Positions 21,451 to 31,645 of a stretch of 64,000 nt of DNA are shown one piece after another. Every line of letters begins with the position of its first letter. Positions within the stretch are counted from its first letter, which is position 1. The DNA comes from an uncultured Actinomycetota bacterium. Lineage in GTDB: Bacteria; Actinomycetota; Actinomycetes; JACCUZ01. The translations under genes were made by a program, and so were the position numbers. The notes beneath the pieces are model-generated. The model was not told the origin of the DNA. It did no database searches and saw nothing but the letters and a program-made list of their open reading frames with translations. The DNA lies in the NCBI GenBank assembly GCA_963751035.1, contig CAVVSW010000006.1:2347-66346 (forward strand). Direction: 5' to 3'.

Positions 21451-21819
21451 GTGCACGGCTTGATCGAGTACGCCGTCGGGGTGCTGTTCATCGTTGCCCC
21501 CTTCCTGTTTGGGTTCGATGCGACCGCCGCGATTGCGGCCTCGATCGTGGTCGGCCTGGTGCTGCTCGCCTTCACAGCGGTGTCCGACCTGCCGACCGGG
21601 CTGGTCCGGTCGATCTCGGTCGGCGTCCACGTCACCGCCGACATCTTTCTCGCGGTGCTACTGGTGGCCCTGCCGTTCGTCCTCGACTTCCGCGACGAGA
21701 CCGCCCCGACGGCTCTGTTCATCACCGTCGGCGTCCTGCACCTGCTCGTCACCATCGCCACGCGGTTCCGCACGGACGACGACGACAGCGAGGACGAGCT
21801 CGACGAGGCCCAGGCCTGA
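21451..21819 (+). CDS. SPW-repeat-like four-helix membrane protein
   Basis: VHGLIEYAVGVLFIVAPFLFGF...VHVTADIFLAVLLVALPFVLDF two-fold repeat; start uncertain. Confidence 0.7.
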   Translation: MHGLIEYAVGVLFIVAPFLFGFDATAAIAASIVVGLVLLAFTAVSDLPTGLVRSISVGVHVTADIFLAVLLVALPFVLDFRDETAPTALFITVGVLHLLVTIATRFRTDDDDSEDELDEAQA

Positions 21820-21851
21820 CCCACTCCGCCTGGTGCGTTAGCGTCCCGAGC

Positions 21852-22307
21852 ATGCCGATCGACCCTGCGTACGCCGGGCGCACCTACCCGCCGACCGAGC
21901 CCTACGCCGTCGGTGTCGAGAAGATCCGCGAGTTCGCGACCGCCATCGGCGACCCCAACCCGGCGTACCGGGACCCGGCCGCCGCGAAGGCGCTCGGGCA
22001 TCCGGACGTCATCGCCCCACCCACGTTCCCGTTCGTGCTGACGTTCACCGCGTCCCGGCAGGTCATCGAGGACCCCGAGCTCGGCATCGACTACTCCCGC
22101 GTGGTGCACGGCGAGCAGCGTTTCGTGGCCACTCGACCGGTCCGGGCCGGCGACCTGCTGACGACCATCGTGTCCATCGACACCATCCGCTCGGCCGGCG
22201 GGCACGACATGATCACCACCCGCGCGGAGGTGAGCACCACGGGCGGCGAGCACGTGGTCACCGCGCTGTCGACGCTGGTCGTGCGCGGGCCCGACGGGGA
22301 CGGGTGA
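21852..22307 (+). CDS. MaoC/hot-dog dehydratase, HadA-like (UPF0336)
   Basis: EKIREFATAIGD, IAPPTF, VVHGEQRF. Confidence 0.9.
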   Translation: MPIDPAYAGRTYPPTEPYAVGVEKIREFATAIGDPNPAYRDPAAAKALGHPDVIAPPTFPFVLTFTASRQVIEDPELGIDYSRVVHGEQRFVATRPVRAGDLLTTIVSIDTIRSAGGHDMITTRAEVSTTGGEHVVTALSTLVVRGPDGDG

Positions 22308-22741
22308 CGACGATGGCGACCCAGATCTCCTACGACGACGTCGAGGTCGGCACCGAGCTGCCGGGACAGAGCCTTCCCGTCCGCCGCGCCGACCTGGTTC
22401 GCTACGCCGGCGCGTCCGGCGACTTCAACGTCATCCACTGGAACGAGCGCATCGCGCGCTCCGTCGGTCTCCCCGACGTGATCGCCCACGGCATGTTCAC
22501 GATGGCGCTGGCCGCGCGCGCGGTCACCGACTGGGTGGGCGACCCGGGTGCGGTCCTCGAATACGGCACCCGTTTCACCCGGCCCGTTCCCGTGCCCGAC
22601 GACGACACCGGTGCGCTGGTCGATGTCGCGGGCACGGTCGCCGCGAAGCTCGAGGACCGCAGGGTCCGGGTGGACCTCACCGTCACCTCGGCCGGGCAGA
22701 AGGTCCTCGGCCGCGCCCAGGCCGTCGTCCAGCTCGCATGA
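22304..22741 (+). CDS. MaoC/hot-dog dehydratase, HadB-like
   Basis: Hydratase motif YAGASGDFNVIHW, IAHGMFTM. Confidence 0.92.
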   Translation: MTTMATQISYDDVEVGTELPGQSLPVRRADLVRYAGASGDFNVIHWNERIARSVGLPDVIAHGMFTMALAARAVTDWVGDPGAVLEYGTRFTRPVPVPDDDTGALVDVAGTVAAKLEDRRVRVDLTVTSAGQKVLGRAQAVVQLA

Positions 22742-22742
22742 C

Positions 22743-23780
22743 GTGAGCGCCACCGAGCTGACCGCCACCCCGCTGGCGCAGCGCACCACGCTGCGGCTGG
22801 GCGGCCCCGCTCGCCGGCTGGTGGTCGTGGACAACGAGGCAGACCTCGTGGACGCCGTCCGCACCGCCGACGCCGCGGGTGAGCCGGTGCTCGTCCTCGG
22901 CGGCGGCAGCAACGTCGTGATCGCGGACGAGGGCTTCGACGGGCTGGTCGTGCAGGTCGCGACGCGTGGCGTCGAGCGCTCGGGCGGCGAGCTGACCGTC
23001 GCCGCCGGCGAGGACTGGGACGCCCTCGTCGCTGGTGCGGTCGCCGATGGGCTGGCGGGCATCGAGGCCCTGTCCGGCATCCCCGGCCTGGTCGGCGCCA
23101 CCCCGATCCAGAACGTCGGCGCCTACGGCCAGGAGGTCGCGCAGACCATCACCGCGGTGCGCGTGCTCGAGCGGTCCACTGGCGAGGTCGTCAGCATGCG
23201 ACCGGAGGACTGCCGGTTCTCCTACCGGCACAGCAGGTTCAAGGGCAACGACGAGTACGTCGTGCTGAGTGTGGCGTTCGGGCTCGAACCCGCACCGACG
23301 TCCCGACCGGTCCGCTATGCCGAGCTGGCCGCGCGACTCGGCGTCGACGTCGGGGCCAGCGCACCCCTGACCGACGTACGGGGGGCCGTCCTGGAGCTGC
23401 GCCGCGCCAAGGGCATGGTGCTCGACCCCGGCGACCACGACACCTGGAGCGCGGGGTCGTTCTTCACCAACCCGGTCATGACCCGCGACGACGTCGACCA
23501 GCTGCTCCCGGCAGAGGTGCCGCACTGGGACGAGCCGGACGGGCGGGTGAAGGTCTCGGCAGCCTGGCTGATCGAGCGGTCGGGCTTCGGCAAGGGATAC
23601 GGCGCCGGCGCGGCGCCGACCGTGCAGGTGTCGAGCAAGCACACCCTGGCGCTGACCAACCGGGGCTCCGCGCGCACCGCCGACCTGCTGGCGCTGGCGC
23701 GCGAGATCCGCGCCGGGGTCCGGGACCGGTTCGGCGTCGAGCTCGCGGCCGAGCCGGTGTTCGTCGGCTGCTCGCTCTAG
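22743..23780 (+). CDS. murB: UDP-N-acetylenolpyruvoylglucosamine reductase
   Basis: VLGGGSNV, GIPGLVGATPIQNVGAYGQE, SAGSFFTNP, KHTLALTN. Confidence 0.95.
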   Translation: MSATELTATPLAQRTTLRLGGPARRLVVVDNEADLVDAVRTADAAGEPVLVLGGGSNVVIADEGFDGLVVQVATRGVERSGGELTVAAGEDWDALVAGAVADGLAGIEALSGIPGLVGATPIQNVGAYGQEVAQTITAVRVLERSTGEVVSMRPEDCRFSYRHSRFKGNDEYVVLSVAFGLEPAPTSRPVRYAELAARLGVDVGASAPLTDVRGAVLELRRAKGMVLDPGDHDTWSAGSFFTNPVMTRDDVDQLLPAEVPHWDEPDGRVKVSAAWLIERSGFGKGYGAGAAPTVQVSSKHTLALTNRGSARTADLLALAREIRAGVRDRFGVELAAEPVFVGCSL

Positions 23781-24808
23781 CCGGGCGCAGCCAGCCACGC
23801 GTCGATGCCCGACAGCAGTCGCGCCCGGACGTCGTCGGGTGCCCGGGAGCCGCGGACCGAGCCCCTGGCCAGCTCGGCCACCTCGGCATCGGTCATCGCG
23901 TGGTCGTGGCGCGCCACGTCGTACTGGTCCACCAGACGCGAGCCGAAGAGCAACGGGTCGTCGGCACCGAGGGCGACCGGTACACCCGCGTCGCGCAGCG
24001 TCCGCAGCGGCACGTCCGCGGGTTCGGCGTAGACGCCGAGCCGCACGTTGGATGTCGGGCAGACCTCCAGCGTGGTCTGTGCGTCGGCCAGGCGGCGGAC
24101 CAGGCCGGGCTCCTCGACCGCCCGCACTCCGTGGCCGATCCGGTCGGCACCGAGCTGGTCAAGGCAGGCCGCAACGCTCTCCGCGCCGGCGAGCTCGCCG
24201 CCGTGCGGCACCGACACGAGCCCGGCCCGCGCCGCGATCCGGAACGCCGGCGCGAAGTCCTCGGCCGACCCGCGACGCTCGTCGTTGGACAGGCCGAACC
24301 CGACGACGCCGGTGCCGGCGTAGCGCGCGGCCAGCCGGGCCAGCGTGCGCGCGTCCAGCGGATGGCGGGTCCGGTTGGCAGCGATCACCACCCCTATGCC
24401 GACGCCGGTCGCCGCGTCGGCTTCGCGGGCGGCGTCCAGGATGAGCTCGGTCGCCGCGGTCAACCCGCCGAGCCAGGTCGCGTAAGTCGTCGGGTCGACC
24501 TGGATCTCCAACCAGCCCGAGCCCTCGGCGCGGTCGTCCTCGGCCGCCTCCAGCACGAGGCGCCGGATGTCGGCCTCGGTCTGCACGACGGAGCGCGCCG
24601 TGTCGTAGAGCCGCTGGAAGCGGAACCAGCCCCGCTCGTCGGTCGCGGTCAGCTCCAGCGGCTCGCCGCCGCGCAGGGCGTCAGGCAGCCGTACGTCGTG
24701 GGAGGCGGCCAGCTCGCGCATGGTCGCGGGGCGCAGCGATCCGGTGAAGTGCAGGTGCAGATGGGCCTTGGGCAGCGTGCGCAGGTCGCGCGGGCAGGGA
24801 CCTGTCAC
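23777..24808 (-). CDS. add: Adenosine deaminase family protein
   Basis: [31 protein letters not shown]. Confidence 0.9.
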   Translation of the reverse strand: MTGPCPRDLRTLPKAHLHLHFTGSLRPATMRELAASHDVRLPDALRGGEPLELTATDERGWFRFQRLYDTARSVVQTEADIRRLVLEAAEDDRAEGSGWLEIQVDPTTYATWLGGLTAATELILDAAREADAATGVGIGVVIAANRTRHPLDARTLARLAARYAGTGVVGFGLSNDERRGSAEDFAPAFRIAARAGLVSVPHGGELAGAESVAACLDQLGADRIGHGVRAVEEPGLVRRLADAQTTLEVCPTSNVRLGVYAEPADVPLRTLRDAGVPVALGADDPLLFGSRLVDQYDVARHDHAMTDAEVAELARGSVRGSRAPDDVRARLLSGIDAWLAAPG

Positions 24809-26025
24809 TCGCTCCCCGCCGCGGGATGAGCCTCCGCGAACAGCTTGTGCAGGCGGCCGATGCCCTCGGCGAGATCGTCGTCACCGAGGGCGTAGGACAG
24901 CCGGACGTAGCCCGGCGTGCCGAACGCCTCGCCGGGCACCATCGCGACCTCGGCCTCCTCGAGCGCCAGGTCGCAGAGCTCGGCACTGCTCTCCGGGCGG
25001 CGGCCGCGGATCTCGCGGCCGAGCAGCCCCTTGACAGACGGGTAGACGTAGAAGGCCCCCATCGGCTCGGGACAGGTGACGCCGGGGATGTCGCGCAGGA
25101 GCCGCACGATGGTCTGGCGGCGGCGGTCGAACGCCATGCGCATCGCGGCCACCGCGGACAGGTCGCCGCGCAGCGCGGCCACCGCCGCCATCTGGCTGAC
25201 GTTGGCCACGTTGGACGTGGCGTGGGACTGCAGGTTGGTCGCCGCGTCGACCACGTCCCGGGGACCCAGCAACCAGCCGACCCGCCAGCCCGTCATGGCG
25301 TAGGTCTTGGCGACGCCGTTGACGACGACGCAGCGGTCGGCCAGCTCGGGCACGGCGACCGGCATCGAGGTGAACCGCGCGTCGCCGTAGACGAGGTGCT
25401 CGTAGATCTCGTCGGTCACCACCCAGAGGCCCCGGTCGAGCGCCCACTGGCCGATCGCGGCGACCTGCTCGGGGGGATAGACCGCCCCGGTGGGGTTGGA
25501 GGGGGAGACGAACACGAGCAGCTTCGTGCGCGGGGTCAGTGCGGCATCGAGCTGCTCGACGGTGGCGAGGTAGCCGCTGTGCTCGTCGGTGGCCACCTCG
25601 ACCGGGACGCCGCCCGCGAGCCGGATCGACTCCGGGTAGGTCGTCCAGTAGGGCGCGGGCAGCAGGACTTCGTCGCCCGGGTCCAGCAGGGCGGCGAAGG
25701 CCTCGTAGAGCGCCTGCTTGCCGCCGTTGGTCACGAGCACCTGGGCGGGGGTGACCTGCAGGCCGGAGTCCCTGGCGGTCTTGGCGGCGATCGCCTCGCG
25801 CAGCTCGGGCAGCCCGCCGGTGGGGGAGTACTTGTGGTGGCGGGGTTCGCGGCAGGCCGCCTCGGCCGCGGCGACGATGTAGTCGGGGGTGGGGAAGTCG
25901 GGCTCGCCCGCTCCGAACCCGATCACCGGCCGGCCCGCCGCCTTGAGCGCCTTCGCCTTGGCGTCGACGGCCAGCGTGGCGGACTCGGTGATCCCGGCGA
26001 CCCGGCGGGAGACGCGTTCCCTCAT
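24805..26025 (-). CDS. PLP-dependent class I aminotransferase (aspartate aminotransferase-like)
   Basis: [38 protein letters not shown]. Confidence 0.93.
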   Translation of the reverse strand: MRERVSRRVAGITESATLAVDAKAKALKAAGRPVIGFGAGEPDFPTPDYIVAAAEAACREPRHHKYSPTGGLPELREAIAAKTARDSGLQVTPAQVLVTNGGKQALYEAFAALLDPGDEVLLPAPYWTTYPESIRLAGGVPVEVATDEHSGYLATVEQLDAALTPRTKLLVFVSPSNPTGAVYPPEQVAAIGQWALDRGLWVVTDEIYEHLVYGDARFTSMPVAVPELADRCVVVNGVAKTYAMTGWRVGWLLGPRDVVDAATNLQSHATSNVANVSQMAAVAALRGDLSAVAAMRMAFDRRRQTIVRLLRDIPGVTCPEPMGAFYVYPSVKGLLGREIRGRRPESSAELCDLALEEAEVAMVPGEAFGTPGYVRLSYALGDDDLAEGIGRLHKLFAEAHPAAGSE

Positions 26026-26221
26026 GGCTCCTATCGTTGCAGAGCGCGGGTCGTTGCTGAGCGGCGCTGCCACGGTTTCGCCGGTTCGACCTCCGCGGCG
26101 GCTGTGCGTAGACTCTGCTGCTTGGTGGCCTTTCGCCTCTGCGCCAGCGCGCCCGGAACCCGCTCGTCTCGCGGTCGTCTGCGGTCCTCTGCGGGCGTGC
26201 ACGAGCCGGTGGGACACCTGA

Positions 26222-26294
26222 AGGGTCGTAGCTCAATTGGTAGAGTCCCGGTCTCCAAAACCGGTGGTTGGGGGTTCGAGTCCCTCCGGCCCTG
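26222..26294 (+). tRNA. tRNA-Trp(CCA)
   Basis: AGGGTCG...CGGCCCT stem, CTCCAAA loop, GTTCGAGTC; canonical position before secE. Confidence 0.96.
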
Positions 26295-26331
26295 CGAGGC
26301 GCAACCAGACCGACCGGATAGGTGAGGACGA

Positions 26332-26577
26332 GTGACCGACACACGTGGCGCCACCACGACTCCCGACCGTGGGCGCGCCCCGAAGAAGCCGCTTCCCGCG
26401 CGGATGTCGCTGTTCTACCGGCAGGTCCTGGCGGAGCTGCGCAAGGTCATCTGGCCCACCCGCAAGGAGTTGATCACCTACACCACGGTGGTGATCTTCT
26501 TCGTGCTCGTGGTCATCGCCTACGTCACCTCGCTGGACTACGTGTTCGGCAAGGGGATCCTGTACATCTTCGGCTGA
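26332..26577 (+). CDS. secE: Preprotein translocase subunit SecE
   Basis: AELRKVIWPTRKEL + single TM. Confidence 0.95.
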   Translation: MTDTRGATTTPDRGRAPKKPLPARMSLFYRQVLAELRKVIWPTRKELITYTTVVIFFVLVVIAYVTSLDYVFGKGILYIFG

Positions 26578-26634
26578 CCCAGCCGACCACGAGTCCATCG
26601 AACCCATCGAAGCCCTGAGGAAGTAGCCGTCACC

Positions 26635-27489
26635 GTGTCCGAGACCCCGAGCTCCGCCGTACAGCAGGCCGAGCAGGTCGAGCCGCCCGTCGTCGACGAG
26701 AGCGCCGCCCCCGAGAGCGCTGCCCCCGAGACGGCCGAGACCGCCCCCGAGGCTGCGCCCGCCGAGGAGACCGCTGCGGCAGCGCCCGCCGAGGAGGCAG
26801 CCGAGACGACGCCGGTCGAAGAGACCGTCGAGGATGCGCCGGTCGACGAGGCCGCCGCGGCTGCCCCGGTCGAGGAGACCGCTGAGGCTGCGCCGGTCGA
26901 GGAGGCCGCCGAGGTCGACCCGACCGAGGAGCTGCGGGCGGCGCTGCGGCGCGCACCGGGCGACTGGTACGTCGTGCACTCCTACGCGGGCTACGAGAAC
27001 CGCGTGAAGACCAACCTCGAGACGCGCACCGGCTCGCTGAACATGGAGGACTTCATCTTCCAGGTGGAGGTGCCGCAGCGCGAGGAGATGGTGATCAAGA
27101 ACGGCCAGCGCAAGCAGGTGAAGCAGAACCTCCTGCCGGGTTACGTGCTGGTCCGGATGGAACTCACCGACGAGTCATGGTCAGCGGTGCGCAACACCCC
27201 CGGGGTGACCGGCTTCGTCGGGCACACCCACCGCCCGTCGCCGCTGTCCATCGACGAGGTCATGCAGTTCCTCGCGCCCGAGGAGGAGAAGCGCCCGCAG
27301 GTCGTCGAGACCAAGGCCGCCGACTTCGAGGTGGGCGAGTCCGTCACCGTCATGGACGGGCCGTTCGCGACCCTGCCGGCCTCGATCAACGAGATCCACG
27401 CCGACTCCCAGAAGCTCAAGGTGCTGGTGTCGATCTTCGGCCGGGAGACCCCGGTCGAGCTCTCCTTCAGCCAGGTCCAGAAGATCTGA
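26635..27489 (+). CDS. nusG: Transcription factor NusG with long acidic N-terminal extension
   Basis: [41 protein letters not shown]. Confidence 0.97.
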   Translation: MSETPSSAVQQAEQVEPPVVDESAAPESAAPETAETAPEAAPAEETAAAAPAEEAAETTPVEETVEDAPVDEAAAAAPVEETAEAAPVEEAAEVDPTEELRAALRRAPGDWYVVHSYAGYENRVKTNLETRTGSLNMEDFIFQVEVPQREEMVIKNGQRKQVKQNLLPGYVLVRMELTDESWSAVRNTPGVTGFVGHTHRPSPLSIDEVMQFLAPEEEKRPQVVETKAADFEVGESVTVMDGPFATLPASINEIHADSQKLKVLVSIFGRETPVELSFSQVQKI

Positions 27490-27534
27490 CGCTCACCCGA
27501 CTGCAACGACGAAACGACACAGGAAAGTACGCAC

Positions 27535-27966
27535 ATGCCCCCCAAAGCAAAGAAGCTCGCAGCGATCATCAAGCTGCAGATCCAGGCCGGCGCCGCCACC
27601 CCGGCACCCCCGGTCGGCCCGGCGCTGGGTCAGCACGGCGTGAACATCATGGAGTTCTGCAAGGCCTACAACGCGGCGACCGAGTCGCAGCGCGGCCAGG
27701 TCGTGCCGGTGGAGATCTCGGTCTTCGAGGACCGCAGCTTCACGTTCATCACCAAGACGCCGCCGGCCGCCAAGCTGATCCTCGCCGCCGCCGGCATCGA
27801 GAAGGGCTCCGGCGAGCCGCACAAGACCAAGGTCGCCAAGCTCAGCCGTAGCCAGGTCCGCGCGATCGCCGAGCAGAAGATGCCCGACCTCAACGCCAAC
27901 GACCTGGACGCCGCCGAGAAGATCATCGCCGGGACCGCCCGCCAGATGGGCATCACAGTCGAGTAG
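27535..27966 (+). CDS. rplK: 50S ribosomal protein L11
   Basis: [26 protein letters not shown]. Confidence 0.98.
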   Translation: MPPKAKKLAAIIKLQIQAGAATPAPPVGPALGQHGVNIMEFCKAYNAATESQRGQVVPVEISVFEDRSFTFITKTPPAAKLILAAAGIEKGSGEPHKTKVAKLSRSQVRAIAEQKMPDLNANDLDAAEKIIAGTARQMGITVE

Positions 27967-27986
27967 CAGAGCAACACGAGAGCACG

Positions 27987-28022
27987 ACGTGGGAGGGCCG
28001 CGCTGGCCCGTCGTACCACGAC
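27987..28022 (+). promoter_or_regulatory. Probable L1-binding mRNA leader between rplK and rplA
   Basis: cgtgg-gag-ggcc...ggcc-cgtcgt-accacg nested stems with internal loop; position typical of actinobacteria. Confidence 0.6.
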
Positions 28023-28061
28023 TCCACCCGGGCACCAGCCCGCACCACCGAGGAGCAGAGC

Positions 28062-28781
28062 ATGAAGCGCAGCAAGGCCTACCGCGCCGCCGCGGAGAAG
28101 ATCGACCAGGACAAGGTCTACACCCCGATCCAGGCCGTGCGTCTCGCCAAAGAGACGATGACCACCACGAAGTACGACCCGACCGTCGAGGTCGCCATGC
28201 GCCTGGGCGTCGACCCCCGCAAGGCCGACCAGATGGTCCGCGGCACCGTCAACCTCCCGCACGGCACCGGCAAGACCGCTCGGGTGCTCGTCTTCGCCAC
28301 CGGTGAGCGCGCCGAGCAGGCGACCGCGGCCGGCGCCGACATCGTCGGTGACGACGCGCTGATCGAGGAGGTCACCAAGGGCCGCCTCGACTTCGACGCC
28401 GTGGTGGCGACGCCCGACCTGATGGGCAAGGTCGGCCGGCTCGGCCGCGTGCTCGGCCCGCGCGGGCTGATGCCCAACCCCAAGACCGGCACCGTGACCA
28501 ACGACGTGGCGAAGGCCGTGTCCGAGATCAAGGGCGGCAAGATCGAGTTCCGCGTCGACCGCAACGCCAACCTGCACTTCATCATCGGCAAGGCGTCGTT
28601 CACCGAGCAGCAGCTGGTCGAGAACTACGCGGCCGCCCTCGACGAGGTGCAGCGGCTCAAGCCGTCCGCGGCCAAGGGCCGCTACATCCGCAAGGCGACC
28701 ATGGCCACCACGATGGGCCCCGGCATCCAGCTCGACACGAGCAAGACCCGCGGCCTTCTCGAGGACGCCGACGCCAGCTAG
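28062..28781 (+). CDS. rplA: 50S ribosomal protein L1
   Basis: [37 protein letters not shown]. Confidence 0.98.
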   Translation: MKRSKAYRAAAEKIDQDKVYTPIQAVRLAKETMTTTKYDPTVEVAMRLGVDPRKADQMVRGTVNLPHGTGKTARVLVFATGERAEQATAAGADIVGDDALIEEVTKGRLDFDAVVATPDLMGKVGRLGRVLGPRGLMPNPKTGTVTNDVAKAVSEIKGGKIEFRVDRNANLHFIIGKASFTEQQLVENYAAALDEVQRLKPSAAKGRYIRKATMATTMGPGIQLDTSKTRGLLEDADAS

Positions 28782-28830
28782 CAGTACGTGGGTTGCCTCG
28801 TACGCCGGGCGCACGGGCCGATCAACTGAT

Positions 28831-28860
28831 TTGCCCTGCTCACGGCGTACGACGTAGCCT
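28831..28860 (+). promoter_or_regulatory. Housekeeping sigma promoter for rplJL
   Basis: TTGCCC-N18-TAGCCT. Confidence 0.55.
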
Positions 28861-28870
28861 GACCGCAGCC

Positions 28871-29021
28871 ACAGACCGCCGGTCGTTGCCCGTCAGGGCA
28901 GCTGAAGGTCCCGTGAGAGCGGGCGGCCCGCGTAGGTGAACGGATCAGCTCGGTTGCCCCAGTCCCGATCGGGACGGAGCGCATCCCCGCCCCGCGCGCC
29001 TGCGCCGGGGCGTTTCTCTTT
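28871..29021 (+). ncRNA. L10 leader (rplJ autoregulatory element)
   Basis: AGACCGCCGGTC...GAAGG...CCCGCGTAGG followed by GC-rich hairpin and U-tract upstream of rplJ. Confidence 0.7.
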
Positions 29022-29059
29022 CTCGGAGCCCTCGCCGGCACGACCAGAAAGGGGCGCGC

Positions 29060-29863
29060 ATGGCGAGGCCCGACAAGGCGAGTGCCGTCGCCGAGCTCAC
29101 CGAGGAGTTCCGCACCTCGAGCGCCGCTGTGCTCACGGAGTACCGCGGGCTCACGGTCGCCGAGCTCAAGGAGCTGCGGCGGTCACTCGGCCACGACACG
29201 TCCTACTCCGTGGTCAAGAACACGCTGACCAAGATCGCAGCGCAGGAGGCCGGCGTCTCGGCGTTCGACACGCTGCTGCAAGGGCCGTCCGCGATCGCGT
29301 TCGTCAAGGGCGACCCGGTCGAGGCGGCCAAGGGGCTGCGCGACTTCGCCAAGGCCCACCCGTTCCTCGTGATCAAGGGCGGCGTTCTCGACGGCAAGAC
29401 GATGTCGCCGGACGAGATCCGCAAGCTCGCCGACCTCGAGTCGCGTGAGGTGCTGCTCGGCAAGCTCGCCGGTGCGATGCAGGCCTCGTTGCAGAACGCG
29501 GTCTACCTGTTCGCCGCTCCGTTGAGCCAGGCGGCACGGGTCATGGACGCGCTGCGAGCGAAGGCCGAGGCCGACCCGAGCGTGCTGCGCGGAGGAGCCG
29601 GCACGCCGGCGCCCGAAGCGGCGGCTGAGCCCGAGGCAGCGGCTGAGCCCGAGGCAGCGGCTGAGCCTGAGGCTGCAGTCGAGCCCGAGGCCGGTACCGA
29701 CGAGACCAGCACCGACCAGACGAGCACCGACCAGACCAGCACCGACCAGAGCACCGACCAGACCAGCACCGACCAGACCAGCACCGACGCAGCCAGCGCC
29801 GAGGCGAGCACCGACCACACCAGTACCGAGACCAGCACCGAGACCAGCACCGACCAGGGCTGA
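29060..29863 (+). CDS. rplJ: 50S ribosomal protein L10 with repetitive acidic C-terminal tail
   Basis: [27 protein letters not shown]; ~85-aa extension. Confidence 0.97.
   Translation: MARPDKASAVAELTEEFRTSSAAVLTEYRGLTVAELKELRRSLGHDTSYSVVKNTLTKIAAQEAGVSAFDTLLQGPSAIAFVKGDPVEAAKGLRDFAKAHPFLVIKGGVLDGKTMSPDEIRKLADLESREVLLGKLAGAMQASLQNAVYLFAAPLSQAARVMDALRAKAEADPSVLRGGAGTPAPEAAAEPEAAAEPEAAAEPEAAVEPEAGTDETSTDQTSTDQTSTDQSTDQTSTDQTSTDAASAEASTDHTSTETSTETSTDQG
29611..29857 (+). repeat. Coding tandem repeats in rplJ tail: 18-bp (EPEAAA)x~4 and 15-bp (TSTDQ)x~6 plus degenerate copies
   Basis: gctgagcccgaggcagcg and accagcaccgaccag units. Confidence 0.9.
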
Positions 29864-29914
29864 CGCCCGTCTGACCTGCCCAGCCCCATACCTCCGTACG
29901 GAAGGACCGCCACC

Positions 29915-30307
29915 ATGGCGAAGCTCAGCCCCGACGACCTGCTCGAGTCGTTCAAGGAAATGACCCTGATCGAGCTGTCCGAGTTCGTGAAGCAGTTCGA
30001 GGACACCTTCGGCGTCACCGCGGCCGCTCCGGTCGCCGCGGCTGCCGCCCCGGCCGCCGGTGGCGGCGGGGGAGACGCCGCAGCCGCCGAGGAGCAGGAC
30101 GAGTTCGACGTCATCCTCGAGGCCGCGGGCGACAAGAAGATCCAGGTCATCAAGGAGGTCCGCTCGCTCACCAGCCTCGGCCTCAAGGAGGCCAAGGACC
30201 TCGTCGACGGCACCCCGAAGCCGGTCCTGGAGAAGGTCAACAAGGAGGCCGCAGACAAGGCCAAGGCCGCCCTCGAGGGCGCCGGGGCCACCGTCACGGT
30301 CAAGTAA
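29915..30307 (+). CDS. rplL: 50S ribosomal protein L7/L12
   Basis: [43 protein letters not shown]. Confidence 0.98.
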   Translation: MAKLSPDDLLESFKEMTLIELSEFVKQFEDTFGVTAAAPVAAAAAPAAGGGGGDAAAAEEQDEFDVILEAAGDKKIQVIKEVRSLTSLGLKEAKDLVDGTPKPVLEKVNKEAADKAKAALEGAGATVTVK

Positions 30308-30332
30308 CACCCGATTACACAGCGGTAACCCT

Positions 30333-30386
30333 CAGCGAGGGGCGATCTCCGGACATTCCGGACGACCGCCCCTCGCTGCGCTTTCT
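30333..30386 (+). terminator. Intrinsic terminator after rplL
   Basis: cagcgaggggcg...cgcccctcgctg stem followed by cgctttct. Confidence 0.7.
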
Positions 30387-30522
30387 GGGCAGGTCCCCGC
30401 CCTGCCAGCAGGTTTCGCGGAGGTGCCCGGCGCGCACACTCACGATGCGTCGACCGGTCCAGCGCCCCGGACCGACCCCTGCCGGCGCCGGGCTCGCCGC
30501 GTGACCAATCGGCCGCGCGGTC

Positions 30523-30538
30523 GTTACCCGTGGGTAAC
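30523..30538. promoter_or_regulatory. Palindromic operator candidate upstream of the mce operon
   Basis: GTTACCC-GT-GGGTAAC; second TTAC-N6-GTAA copy at 30315-30328. Confidence 0.55.
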
Positions 30539-30556
30539 CGACCAGCGAGGTGCCGC

Positions 30557-31645
30557 GTGGGCGTCGAGATCCAGGTCGAGGGACTGACCAAGTCCTTCGG
30601 CCGACAGGTGATCTGGCAGGACGTCTCGCTGACGCTGCCGGCCGGGGAGATCTCGGTGATGCTCGGCCCGTCCGGGACCGGCAAGTCTGTGCTGCTCAAG
30701 ACCCTCGTCGGGCTGCTCAAGCCAGACCGCGGCTCCATCATGATCGACGGTCGCGACCTCACCCAGCTCAAGGAGCACGACCTCTACGAGGTCCGCAAGC
30801 TCTTCGGCGTCCTGTTTCAGGACGGCGCGCTGTTCGGCTCGATGAGCCTCTACGACAACATCGCCTTCCCGCTGCGCGAGCACACCAAGAAGAGCGAGAA
30901 GGAAGTCAAGGACATCGTCCTGGAGAAGATGGACATGGTCGGCCTGATCGGGTCGGAGTCCAAGCTTCCCGGCGAGATCTCCGGCGGCATGCGCAAGCGG
31001 GCCGGCCTCGCGCGCGCCCTGGTGCTCGACCCCGAGATCATCCTGTTCGACGAGCCCGACTCCGGCCTCGACCCGGTCCGCTCGGCCTACCTCAACCAGC
31101 TGATCATCGACCTCAACGACGCGATCCAGGCGACGTTCCTGATCGTCACCCACGACGTGAACACCGCGCGCAGCGTGCCCGACAACATCGGGCTGCTCTA
31201 CCACCGCCACCTCGCGATGTTCGGGCCGCGCGAGATGTTGCTGTCCAGCGAGGAGCCCGTCGTACGCCAGTTCCTCAACGCGCAGCGACAGGGCCCGATC
31301 GGGATGGCCGAGGAGAAGGACGCCGACGAGCTGGCGCAGGAGGAGGCCGAGGGATACGAGATGCCGCCGCTGCCCCCGATCCCGCTGCAGCTACTCACCA
31401 GCGAGGGCACGTCCCGCCCGACCCAGCGCGAGCCGGGGGCCTGGTGCCGGGAGAACAACGTGACGCCGCCGCCCGGGTCGTTCGAGTCGACCGGAACCGC
31501 GGTCGCGACGTCACCAGGCGAGGACGGCGAGACGAAGCAGGTGGGGTCCCCGAACGGCCATGGGTCCAACGGCCAGGCGCCCGACGGCCGGCGGATCGAG
31601 GTCCCGCAGGGCGGCCCGGCCCCGACCCGCGAGGGTCCGACGTGA
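30557..31645 (+). CDS. mceG: Mce-system ABC ATPase (Mkl/MceG, MlaF-like)
   Basis: GPSGTGKS, LFQDGALFGSM, ISGGMRKRAGLARAL, DEPDSGLDPVR, GPIGMAEEKD. Confidence 0.92.
   Translation: MGVEIQVEGLTKSFGRQVIWQDVSLTLPAGEISVMLGPSGTGKSVLLKTLVGLLKPDRGSIMIDGRDLTQLKEHDLYEVRKLFGVLFQDGALFGSMSLYDNIAFPLREHTKKSEKEVKDIVLEKMDMVGLIGSESKLPGEISGGMRKRAGLARALVLDPEIILFDEPDSGLDPVRSAYLNQLIIDLNDAIQATFLIVTHDVNTARSVPDNIGLLYHRHLAMFGPREMLLSSEEPVVRQFLNAQRQGPIGMAEEKDADELAQEEAEGYEMPPLPPIPLQLLTSEGTSRPTQREPGAWCRENNVTPPPGSFESTGTAVATSPGEDGETKQVGSPNGHGSNGQAPDGRRIEVPQGGPAPTREGPT

Noticed and set aside
26635-26925. Acidic N-terminal extension of NusG as a novelty on its own
   Set aside because: Such extensions are known in actinomycete NusG; kept only as context for the tail pattern
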